A DNA stretch of 64,000 bases from contig JAQGDQ010000013.1 in NCBI GenBank assembly GCA_030141605.1, positions 1,316,447 to 1,380,446 on the forward strand. The letters are read 5' to 3'. Below, one piece after another: positions 1 to 12,700 of the stretch. Under the pieces are notes generated by a model. It was not told the origin of the DNA. It searched no databases and worked only from the letters and a program-made list of their open reading frames with translations. Source of the DNA: Tubiluchus corallicola. Taxonomy: Eukaryota > Animalia > Priapulida. Positions within the stretch are counted from its first letter, which is position 1, and each line of letters starts with the position of its first letter. The position numbers and the translations under genes were made by a program.

Positions 1-560
1 CCTGCAACTGCATTCTGTCGCACGAGTTCTACACTGTGTGTTTGTACAGATTTGGCAACTTCTGGGACACTTACGCGACAAGAGAATGTCATATGACATT
101 CATGCGAGTATCACAAAATTTTCGCAAAAAGAAGTGCTAGGCAACCAACGTGCGCCAAAATGACAGAAAACAACAAAACATAGTTGCAAAATCGTCACAA
201 CATTCTTGCAGAGTCACAAAATATTTTGTGGATTCTGAAATTGTTGCAAACGTTTGGCGACAAATTTGTGAATGTTTCTCACATGTTAGTACAACTTTAG
301 GGCAGCTTTACGAAGTTTTGGCGAAACGGTGAGTTCCGCTACTCAGGCGACAACCTCTAAACACTTTAACTAATTTTTCTGAAACCAGCGACCCTTTTGC
401 GACTATGGCGAACGTTCGCACTTGTTTTGCGACTGTTTGGCGAACTTTTGGCGACTCTTAGACTTTTCAATTTTCGAATAGTTGTGGAAGTAGCATTACT
501 AGAAGCAACGGCACAAAGTTTTTGATCTTCTCGGTCAAAAGCACAAAAAAGCAAAATTTA
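1..560. repeat. probable non-autonomous DNA transposon fragment with short GGCGA/TCGC-type internal motifs
   Basis: Recurrent TTTGGCGA, TTTTGCGA and TTCGCA motifs and no credible ORF; the family cannot be determined. Confidence 0.35.
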
Positions 561-574
561 TGGTGAGATGACAA

Positions 575-1303
575 CTAAAAAATAAAAATGCGACTATCAT
601 TTATTTAATTCATGAAAAGCTTCTGATTAGTCAGTCTACACTAGATTATTAACTACAAAATGTTTGTGCCAAGGTAAGTTTAAAGGCATCTGATAATGTG
701 GGCTGCCTTCCAGATTCATTAAAATTGTGCCCCTACCATTATGAAACTAAAAACATAACACATAAAACATACATTTTGTATCAAAAGCAACCTCAACTAA
801 CAAAATATCAAATCGAGGTAAATATGATTAACTGTTATAATCGTGTGAGCGGATATTTCGTGTGAAAAGTATTTACATCCAACATCTTGTATATTCGATA
901 TTCCTACCAATAGTACATTAAGATCATCAACATATTAATGTGACACTGTGATACAATTATAGAGGGTCTAAATACAAAAGCCAATATTTTGCAAGCATTT
1001 GGCGAGTCACACACATACAGCAATCAAAATTTTACATCAGCACAAACTGCCCTAAATCGTTAAGACACACAGTGTTATAAAAATTTACATGAATAGCCAT
1101 TACACGTACCATATTACAAAACAAAAAAAACAATTAGTAATAAAATAAAATGACTTATCTTTCCTCTTTGCATTCCAAACAACAAACCTCAGAAGCTTCT
1201 TTTAAACCTGATTTCACAAAGTTTTCTGCACTTGATCACGTTTGCAAGTACGAAGTATCTTTTGGAATCCCAGTATAAAAGTTTTCCCAAGGTACAGAGC
1301 AGT
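575..1303 (-). other. probable terminal non-coding (3'UTR) exon of the RBM33-like gene
   Basis: Perfect AG|GTAAGT donor 2 nt after the stop (3732), acceptor TTTTGTAG at 1305-1304, and a minus-strand AATAAA near 600-606. The 3' boundary is approximate. Confidence 0.5.
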
Positions 1304-1329
1304 CTACAAAAATGTAAAAATAGCGAATA

Positions 1330-3690
1330 CTCCACTAATATAATAAGGAGTTGGACACGGGCATCACCAAACCTCGGCATGCCACTGACTGCTCCACTAA
1401 CATAATAAGGAGTTGGACACGGGCATCACCAAACCTCGGCATGCCACTAACTGCTCCACTAACATAATAAGGAGTTGGACACGGGCATCACCAAACCTCT
1501 GCACGCCACTGACTGCTCCACTAATATAATAAGGAGTTGGACATGGGCATCACCAAACCTCTGCATGCCACTGACTGCTCCACTAATATAAGAAGGAGTT
1601 GGACACGGGCATCACCAAACCTCTGCATGCCACTGACTGCTCCACTAACATAATAAGGAGTTGGACACGGGCATCACCAAACCTCTGCATGCCACTGACT
1701 GCTCCACTAATATAAGAAGGAGTTGGACACGGGCATCACCAAACCTCTGCATGCCACTGACTGCTCCACTAACATAATAAGGAGTTGGACACGGGCATCA
1801 CCAAACCTCTGCACCCCACTGACTGCTCTACTAACATAATAAGGAGTTGGACACGGGCATCACCAAACCTCTGCATGCCACTAACTGCTCCACTAATATA
1901 ATAAGGAGTTGGACACGGACATCACCAAACCTCTGCATGCCACTGACTGCTCCACTAATATAATAAGGAGTTGGACACGAGCATCACCAAACCTCTGCAT
2001 GCCACTGATTGCTCCACTAATATAATAAGGAGTTGGACACGAGCATCACCAAACCTCTGCATGCCACTGACTGCTCCACTAATATAATAAGGAGTTGGAC
2101 ACGAGCATCACCAAACCTCTGCACGCCACTGACTGCTCCACTAATATAATGAGTTGGACACGGGCATCACCAAACCTCTGCATGCCACTGACTGCTCCAC
2201 TAATATAATAAGGAGTTGGACACGGGCATCACCAAACCTCTGCACCCCACTGACTGCTCCACTATATAATAAGGAGTTGGACACGGGCATCACCAAACCT
2301 CTGCACCCCACTGACTGCTCCACTAATATAATAAGGAGTTGGACACGGGCATCACCAAACCTCTGCACCCCACTAACTGCTCCAATAATATAATAAGGAG
2401 TTGGACACGGGCATCACCAAACCTCTGCATGCCACTGACTGCTCCACTAATATAATAAGGAGTTGGACACGGGCATCACCAAACCTCTGCACGCCACTGA
2501 CTGCTCCACTAATATAATAAGGAGTTGGACACGGGCATCACCAAACCTCTGCACCCCACTGACTGCTCCACTAATATAATAAGGAGTTGGACACGGGCAT
2601 CACCAAACCTCTGCATGCCACTGACTGCTCCACTAATATAATAAGGAGTTGGACACGGGCATCACCAAACCTCTGCATGCCACTGACTGCTCCACTAATA
2701 TAATAAGGAGTTGGACACGGGCATCACCAAACCTCTGCACCCCACTGACTGCTCCACTAATATAATAAGGAGTTGGACACGGGCATCACCAAACCTCTGC
2801 ATGCCACTGACTGCTCCACTAATATAATAAGGAGTTGGACACGAGCATCACCAAACCTCTGCATGCCACTGACTGCTCCACTAATATAATAAGGAGTTGG
2901 ACACGAGCATCACCAAACCTCTGCACGCCACTGACTGCTCCACTAATATAATGAGTTGGACACGGGCATCACCAAACCTCTGCATGCCACTGACTGTTCC
3001 ACTAATATAATAAGGAGTTGGACACGGGCATCACCAAACCTCTGCATGCCACTGACTGCTCCACTAATATAATAAGGAGTTGGACACGAGCATCACCAAA
3101 CCTCTGCATGCCACTGACTGCTCCACTAATATAATAAGGAGTTGGACACGAGCATCACCAAACCTCTGCACGCCACTGACTGCTCCACTAATATAATGAG
3201 TTGGACACGGGCATCACCAAACCTCTGCATGCCACTGACTGTTCCACTAATATAATAAGGAGTTGGACACGGGCATCACCAAACCTCTGCACCCCACTGA
3301 CTGCTCCACTAATATAATAAGGAGTTGGACACGGGCATCACCAAACCTCTGCACCCCACTGACTGCTCCACTAATATTATAAGGAGTTGGACACGGGCAT
3401 CACCAAACCTCTGCACCCCACTGACTGCTTCACTAATATAATAAGGAGTTGGGACCCGGGCATCACCAAACCTCTGCACCCCACTGATAGCTCCACTAAT
3501 ATAATAAGGAGTTGGACACGGGCATCACCAAACCTCTGCATGCCACTAACTGCTCCACTAATTTAATAAGGAGTTGGACACGGGCATCACCAAACCTGTG
3601 CATGCCACTGACTGCTCCACTAACATAATGAGTTGGGACACGGGCATCACCAAACCTCTGCATGCCACTGACTGCTCCACTAATATAAAT
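1330..3690. repeat. 62-bp tandem minisatellite, about 38 copies, inside the RBM33 3'UTR intron
   Basis: Unit GGAGTTGGACACGGGCATCACCAAACCTCTGCATGCCACTGACTGCTCCACTAATATAATAA; starts at 1347, 1409 etc. give period 62. Shorter (~59-bp) variants near 2150, 2952, 3197 and 3629. Confidence 0.97.
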
Positions 3691-3734
3691 AAAAATAAAA
3701 GTATAACAAATAATAGAGAACAAACGACTTACCT

Positions 3735-6700
3735 TCACATTAGCGAAACATTGATTACCATCTCGGCTATGCGTGTCCTACAAATATTCTTTAGTTTAGA
3801 ATAGTAAAATTGATCCCGTCCCTAATCAGTAAAAAATACTTAAAAACAATTAAATATTTTTGAAAATCTATAACTACTTACCTGGTCTGACACTGAAAAA
3901 CTTATTTAAATAGCAAAAAGAAAAGCCTGAAGATGATGAGGCCGCAAGTGACGCAAGGCGCAATGACACAAGGCACAATGACACTTCACAAAACTTTAAC
4001 ATTGCGGCTTTAATTTGACACTTACAAAATTAATAAAACTTCTTAATGTTCATGAAACTATATAAAATATAAAAACACTATTACAGATCAAAACACAAAT
4101 AAACCTACCAGATGTTATCCTGTAAGTAAAAACAAACACAAATAACATTCAAAATATTTTACCTACTTGGTATCTACAATTCTATTTAGGGTTGCCAGAC
4201 ATCCCTTATATACGGGTCATGTCCTATATTTAATCATTTTGTCCGTTGTCCCGTATTGACCTTTCTGTGACAGCCAAATGTCACGACATTTGGTTCACTT
4301 TCAAATTTCTTTTTATATTATATTTTATATATTTATAAATAGCTGCATAGGAAGTTAGGCATTAGTGAGCTTCTAAAATTCATTAAAAACCTTCGCAGTG
4401 CATGCTAAGCTGATGATTCATACTTCTATACTAGCAATACTACATCTGTGGGTTAGCAGATTTAGTCGGTTAAGTGAGTCAAAACACTTCTGTTCCAAAG
4501 TGAATATATAAAGCGACGAGTACTGTAATTCACTGGTACCACTCAACATTTGGTGCATTTTGACAAGTAACTTGGAGTGGATGTTTTGCACCTTCACAAA
4601 GTCGATAATCAAGTTTGTGACAACATGATTGCTATAACATAGAACAGTGTTATACGAATAGACACAAATATACATGGGCAAAAACAAGAGTAGCCTTCAC
4701 AAAGTCGATAATCAAGTTTGTGACAACATGATTGCTATAACATAGAACAGTGTTATACGAATAGACACAAATATACATGGGCAAAAACAAGAGTAGCCAA
4801 ACCTGTTGAACTTGTGCACGAATGAAGACGCTTCTGTGGAACTTGTAAACACAACTTGAGCAGTGAAATCAGCATAATTAAACTCCACAGACTGCAAAAC
4901 AAAAGCTCTGTTGACAGTACATCAGCAACAACAATCACACTACTATTAAATAATAATAGTTTTATGTTAATCACAGTTCCAGTGATTTACGATCATCATG
5001 AAAAGGTCACAGGTTAAGTGTACACTGACAATGCCTTGCAGCCCATGCTATTGTAATAGTAACATTTTTAACAGCTAGCTAAAACCTTACCTAGATCATT
5101 TGATCTTATTCCCAAGCAACGTTCTGCTAGTAAATCACTCTACTCACAGAGTAATGCATAATTAAGTAAAGTCTATGTAAAACAACTAAAGTGTTTGGCT
5201 TCACTGCACAGAATAGACCTTAAAATGACTTTGCCATCCATGAATCACAAACAGACGTGTTTTGTTTATTGGTAATTGGAGATAGAGCAGATCAATGTGC
5301 TGACTGGGATGGCCTGTGCATGACGGAACCACAATGTCACCACCATCCAAGGTAAGTTATTTAACTTATAAGTGTCTTTTGTTTAATAATAACTATGAAT
5401 TCCTTGTGTAATGAAAATAATGCATTAAGAAAGCTTCATTCAATGTCTATGTAAACATTTACAGTGTGAGCAGTTGAAAAGAAATAAACACCAGAGAAAA
5501 CAATACATTTTTAGACATCAAAATACATACCTCTGCAATTCCCACTTGCTGACACATATTCACAATTATATCTGCAGCATTAGTTGGTGTTAAAGTTTTT
5601 GGAATCTCACTAATGAATACTGTATTACTGCCGCTTGGCTCTACAGAATTTCCACCACTTTTCTGTAAATGATAGAATTTTACTTCAACTAGTGTGTTAG
5701 CTTTGGTAAAAACAGAACAGATAGAACAAAGTTAAAACACAATGATTTTTCTATATCACGTTGACCAATGATCTAAAGTTTAAAATGACGAACTTTTAGT
5801 AACAAAAGGATTCTGATAATTTAATATTAGCTTACAGACCAAATTATGCAAGTGATGACATGTTAATGAAGGAAATTTTCCAACATCAGGAACTTTCCAC
5901 AAGCATTCTACACGAATATAGAAAAACAAAAATTAAAATATGGTGCCACTGTTTGATATTGGCAATGAAACATAAATTTAGCAAATTTTCGGAAGGACAA
6001 AAACTGAAGTTTATTGCTAGAAAATGCACGATTTCATGATTCTATCCCAATGTCATAAGAAGAATATGTTGCTAATCATGTACAGCACATATATTGCACG
6101 TAATGCCTTTCAGAAAATCAATACTACCTGCCATTTGAGTATATGTGCATACCTGAAGGCATGTAACACGGACATACTAAGAAAATCAACCTTCAACGCC
6201 AATATATCTTTAATATAAATGGCCAATCGTAATTCCCAACTTATATAAAATATCGCTATTCCTACCGGAATTAGGACATGTCCACCATCAGAGGAAGGAG
6301 GTGGTGCCTGTCCAGGCGCAAGAATCCTCTTATGCGATTGTTTCTTTTCATTTTCTTCTGAGCTGCAACTTTCAAAATCTCTTTCTTCGGACCACAAAAC
6401 CTAGCAGTGAAAGTGTATGCACACAATGTATAGAATTAACTATGTTGTATTTGAAAAGTCATTTCAGAAAGAATACAATCCAACAGTGGTAACTAATATC
6501 TTCAATGGCCCATCACAGTTTCTAATATTGAGACAGAGTTACGTCCTTTAGTGCAGGCAGAATTCCAATAAAAAAAATCTGCCCTCAAGAGAGGTAAACG
6601 CAACAGTTAATCCAATAAAAAAAGTAAAGCCTGTTCTGCCTGTGACATGACAGCATCATCTCCACCTCTAATGAGGGATGTTACCGAAAGGAAATTTTTG

Positions 6701-9700
6701 TTTCGGTTTGCCGATAATGGCAGTTTCAGTTTCGACAAAATTTATTAAATTTCACGGCCGAAATTTCAGATAATGTTCGGTAAAAATTTTTACGAGGTTT
6801 TTGCAGTATTTATCTAATTTACCTTTTCTTTTCTCTTAGGTGACAAAAACCGCAAAAAACCTTGGCTAAATTAGTTCAAATAAAGCGAAAATGTCGTTTA
6901 CATAAAAGTTTCTCACGTGATTTTACCGGCAATGTGGCATAACTTCAGTGCTGATGACTGGAAGATTTAGGGTTTCCAGGGCCAATCAACCGAAATATCA
7001 AACCACCTTTAAATTTACTTAAGTAAGATTTTTATAATATGTGAAAAATAGGCAACTCTAATAGGCAACATTATTAATAAAATACAGTCATTTCCCCGTT
7101 GTCGACCGTCTCCGTACTCGTACAAATCAGTTTTCGACCAAAAAATTTGAGCTGAAATTGTCTCCGCTCTCGACCAGAATTTCAGTATTCGACCAACCGC
7201 CAAACACGTAAGGAACACATGTGCGGCGAGCCGAGTAAAGCCAAGCGTAACCGACGGCGCCCGACAGTAGTCACGCACAAGATTTGAATCGCCTACCATC
7301 GCTAAGTGCTTTCTACGCCTATTTTTCTCCACTTTTTCATGCAGGAACTATTATGTCCTTCTTTCAAAGTAATTCTATTATGTTCTTCTTATCAATTATA
7401 TCATATCTACATTTCTGCATTATTATATTTCGTTTAAGTAATTCTTTACATTTGGTGCTTGAGAACGGATTAGTTGCTTTTACATTATTTCTTATGAGAA
7501 TAAATTATTCGATACACAACCGAATCGGTTTTCAAACACTTTGATTAGGAATGAATTATGGTCGAAAACAGAAGTACTACTGTACTCGAAAATAACAAAA
7601 CCTGACTGTTTTGATGTCATTTTTGGTGGAACTAAAGTGGAAATTTACGGACATAATTCTTTTGCATAATTAAGTCAAATTTTAAATTACATTAGCAAGC
7701 TGATCATGACAAGAAGAACATTTTCAAAGATCCTGATTTTACAACAACAGCCATTCAAGGAGTTCTATACTTAAATTACCCTGGTGCCAACACTGAACAA
7801 AAGCTTAACAACTGTTTAAAGTTTTTATTCCCCGTGTGATGCCATTTGAACCCCATTTCGTGTTTATTGGCATCGACTGAGAGTTAAAAAACAAGTGTTA
7901 CATGTCATACAACCGGTAAGACAATAATATCAAGCGTTCTTTCACAAATTAGAAAAATGCAGGAATGAATCATAAATCAAGAACTTCCGTAGATTTCAAA
8001 TTCTTATTCATCGTGAATTAATTCTTTAGGCTGTAGCATAAGCATTCGAAAATCAAGGAAAAATAAAAAAATCAAATTTAATTTGATTACCTGTCGTTGC
8101 TGAACTACTGGGTGATTACCTAGAGTTGAACCTCGTCCTCGCCAACCTCCACGATTGAGATTTTGCTGCTGTTGTGGCTGTTCTTGTTGTCCACTGACAG
8201 GACCTGCACGAGGAAATGTCACTGAAAACTCTGGTTGATTTAATTCATTTTCCCCGTACGAAAGCAAAGATTCTTGTTTATGTGGGCCAGTTAAGACTGT
8301 TCTGCTTTGTGGTAGTTGCCTTCCTCCTTGCACTGATCGAGTTACGCCTCTTTGTAGACCTCTCCCTCTGTTGCCACGAAAAGGACGTTGTGTTGATGGC
8401 ATTCTTTGACCAACTCCTGTGTTCATCACAGGCAAACGTGGTCCAACAGGTCTGGCACCTCCTGCAATTTGTGCACCACGATTCTGCAAAGGGTTTCCAA
8501 ACCGCTGATCACTGACCACTCCAAACCGCTGATCACTGACCACTCCTAACCGCTGATCACTGGCCACTCCAAACCGCTGATCACTGTCTACTCTAAACCG
8601 AGTACCATGACCTTGTGCCATTTGCAGAGGCAAAGGAGTCATTTGACTTACCTGCTGAGAATGTACCAACGGCTCGATTTGCTTTTGTTGCACAGCTTCA
8701 GGCATTTGAGGATCAGAAAAATTTTTCTTGGTTACAATTTCGTATGTAGTTGAACCATCTGGATGTGTGGTAACCCAAGTCTAAAATATCGAACATCAGT
8801 TGTAGCTTCAAATAACTAAAAATCTTTATTGTTTTACTGCTAAAGAGGTTAGACATAGTGCAACAGTTTTACTAAAGTCACTTTGGAACAACTTCAGTAA
8901 TGACATGTTGAACACCTTAAGAAATGCTTATACTAATGGAGTTCGTAAACTATTTTAGCTTAGATTTGACTGTAGTGCATCTGCTACCTGTGGTAATCTT
9001 AGTCTGCTGTATTTCTTGCATTTGAGAAGAAAGTGCTTACACAATATAAGGCAGTGAGTTTTTAATTCCGATAACATTTTGTACTCTCTATTGTAAACTC
9101 TGATGTGTATTTTAAATCTAAATTTTTCAAATCATGGATCAATGTCTTAACTTCTTGATGACATTGTAAATTTTAATGCTTTTACTCACATTTTACATAT
9201 AGTAATTTTTAGTATTTCTAGTTTTAGTCATTTGTAAGTTTTAATTGTACGTTTTTATGACTTTTATGCTGATATCAATTAATCAATCAATCAATCAATC
9301 AATCAAAACCAATAATTTACAGCATTTATATCAAACTGCATCTTCATAAACTAGAGGCTAGCATACTTCAAAGCAACTGTAATATTTGTCTCCTTTTAAA
9401 ACACCTGCTCAAAACGAGCTGCCAAAAATCAAAAGAAACAAGCAACCTAAGTAAAAATTCAGCAAAGAAAAATGATTAGAAATAAAACTAACTTTTTTAT
9501 GTGAAAATGTCCCATCCGCTTCTTTAAACTTTTTTATGACTAACTTGCGCATCGGAGCAGGAGATGGTACTATTTTCAGCTGCTGGGCAGGCACCATGAA
9601 TGGACGAGTTGTTTCGTATACCTTTTCAAACACGACTTTTTGCTCACCCAGTGATGTTCTTTTCAAAGTTTTTTTAACTTCTACTGGTTTGTCACCTGGT

Positions 9701-12700
9701 TCTCCTTGTCCGATCTAAATATGGTTCAAAAGAAGTAAAAGATTTATACATGGCCGCAGTTTAAATAAGACTGAAGTAAAGAAAATGCTTGATCAATATA
9801 ATCAATTCTCAGACTGGCATAAGCAGAACAATATACAGTAAATACTCGCTTAATAACTCTGTGTTTAATGACATTTTGTTTTAACGACTCTGGTCTTTAG
9901 ACACCTTTTATTCACTTAACGACGCATATTTCATTTTATACAACGATTATTTCGGCCTTCAAAGACCTAAAATTTTATTTGCTGCATTCACCCTATTAAC
10001 AGAAATTGCGGTAATAATCTACCCTACTAACCAGTCAGGGGCCGACAGCAATGATTCATTGCTGACCACTTGCTGATTGCTTTAGCACTTGCGCGGGTAA
10101 GTAGAGATGAAATTCCTCTCATAAAAATCTCTCAAATTATATTACTGGGTTAATTATTGCTGTATTCACCTCATTTGCATTTACTTTTTGGAAAAACAAG
10201 ATTAGAAATATTCTTAGGAGTAAAAACGCACTATTTCGTATAACAACGTTTTCCTGAATGACGTGTTTTGCTGGAATGCATTAGCGTGGTTAAGCGAGGA
10301 CTTACAGTAATAGATAATTAGTACAACTTTTAAAACACAATTTACAGTTACTGCTGACAGCTGAAGAACGGGTAAGTTATGTTTAAAAGGAAAACAGTTT
10401 AGATCATTTTTATTAATGTGCAATCTATATGTTTTGCAGCACTCTCTCACTCCCGCCCTCTCTTCGTCTCACTCTTTCTCTCCCCTTCCCCTCCACCAAA
10501 TTCATCAATAGTTACAGACACACAAATCTAAATTACTGACCTCAGTCTCTTTCTTGCATGTAGCTCCTGCTTGCTGCTGTTTAATGCTTTCCATTCTCGA
10601 TTTTGCAGCCTCCTGACGCCGCCTTTCTTTTCTTATCTGAACCATCTTCCGTTGCAATGCCTGAGCCTTCAATTTCAGTTTGTATTCTTTCATTTCCTCG
10701 TCGTCATCGTCGCCATCATCATCAGCATCTTCTTCCTAACAAATATTCATATTTTATGATTCATTATTAAAAGGCACAAATTTGTAAAGGTTGACACAGG
10801 ACACATCAGGCAAGACAAGAAATCATTTACTTACTATTGCTCATTTAACAGACACAAGTGGCTTTTTAGTGACTTACATCTTCTACACAATGTAAGTGTA
10901 ATTAAATAGATAAATAAATAACTGCAAACAGACTAAGACGTAACACACTGTTTTGGAAATAAGCACGTGGTGCCTCCTTGTGTTTGTTTTTTGCAAAAAT
11001 TAGGCTGTTGATTGACACATGAGCCATTTTGGACAACAAAAAATCTTTAATTGTATCTACAAGACTGTGGGACTATATTTAGCACATGTCGCGCACACAC
11101 ACACAAATAACGAACAATGAGTAGAGCATGTGCCGTAACGTTGGCAAACGCAGGTCTTGAAACTAGGACTATGACTACTTGCCTGGACTTTACAGCTTAG
11201 ACCACTTACCTATGAGCACAGCAAATGTTTAAAATTGCAGAAAAAACATGTCATTAAGCGCATTTCATGCTGGTCGCACTAAACTGAAACTTTTAACTGC
11301 TTCAGAACTGTAAGCATTTGCTGCATTTTGCATGGGTTCATGAAAAACTGCTCTCACTAAGCAGCGATTATGTTATATTAGGTAATTTTTGAAGGTTTCT
11401 ACTCTTCATGCATGGATTTTCATGCCAAATTATATATGAATTGCATTTGCTTACATTAGACAAATTAAAAATCGATTTTGGATGAATATATTTAAAGCTT
11501 TTAGTAATTGAAGTGTTTGCACATAACAATATTCAGTATCACTTGTGTGAAATCGGCTAATGCAGAAAATTTTAACTATCCAGACACAACACTCTAATAC
11601 ACTTTGGTCACAAAATCTACTCTGTTTTTAAAGAGAAATTACTGTTAAAAGATGAAACGACCTTAATTTGTCCTTGACTGATCGGTTGGTATTTCCAAGA
11701 ACTCTGCGCAGCAGCCAGTTCTTTTGGGCTGTAGCAACCAGGCTATCAATAAAATAGTGTGTACGACCACGCAAGTGTACACACTCAATAGGCTAAGTTG
11801 GAGTGCGTCAAGAGAGCATGTTTTTCTTAATTTTACCCAATTAAATCACTTATAAACGTTTAAACAAACAGCATGTTTAGATAGCTTAATAGAACAGTTC
11901 CTAATATATAAACATTTAGTTATGTCTGCGCTCATACAGTAGTAGAAAGATCGTAAGTCGTATAAGACCTATTTCGGATGGTACTGCCCTGAAGCACGTA
12001 AGAGTCAAAACTTTCAACAACAACTTGTAAATTAAAATAGATCATGCTTACTGCTTCTGGCTGGCGTTCTTTTTTCACAGGTAAACGAATGTCTAGAGAA
12101 GGTTCGCTGGTGTTAATCACCCTCAAAGTTTGATTTGCAGATGTAACAGTTCGTCTCTGATCGAACTTTTTCCATTTTTGTTGCTGAATTTTTTGCAACG
12201 TCTTAGCTCTATACATAAGGTTCTTATTCTGATTCCTGAAACATTAAAAATATTTTTGCAACTTCTAAAATGCCTTATTCGTTGTTGTGTGTGCAATGCT
12301 ATCAATTTATGCAAAAGAATTTTCTCTACAACTTCTTATATGTTAAGTGCTATAAATAAACAGAACCATACAAAGACAAGTGCTCAAACAGTAACTAGTT
12401 ATGTTATCAGTTCAGAAATTTTCATGCCAATAAAAGTACAAACAATTTTGTTCTTATGATGTAAAAAAAGATTATTTAATTTGTTGTGTTGTGTACAGCA
12501 TAAATTGCTGTGGTTGGAAAACGAATAAAGATTAAAGATACAAAATTTGTCTATTTGAAAACCAGGTAAGGCCAAAATTCCATTCCTTCTGGGAGCTTTT
12601 CAAAAGACTCATTAGATTTGTCATAGCAACATTAAAAGATATAAAATTTACATAAAATCACACAGCTGCTGGTACTGTTTTAAACGTCTCACTATCTTTG

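Noticed and set aside
1347-1408. Repeat unit as an iron-responsive element or tRNA derivative (minus strand CAGUG loop; A/B-box-like TGGAGCAGT and GTCCAACTCC)
   Set aside because: No bulged C with a 5-bp upper stem and no T-arm pairing; the resemblance is too weak.
1330-3690. CRISPR array, or coding ORFs in the 62-bp repeat
   Set aside because: There are no unique spacers or cas genes and the context is eukaryotic; the 62-bp period breaks reading frames, so the ORFs are artefacts.
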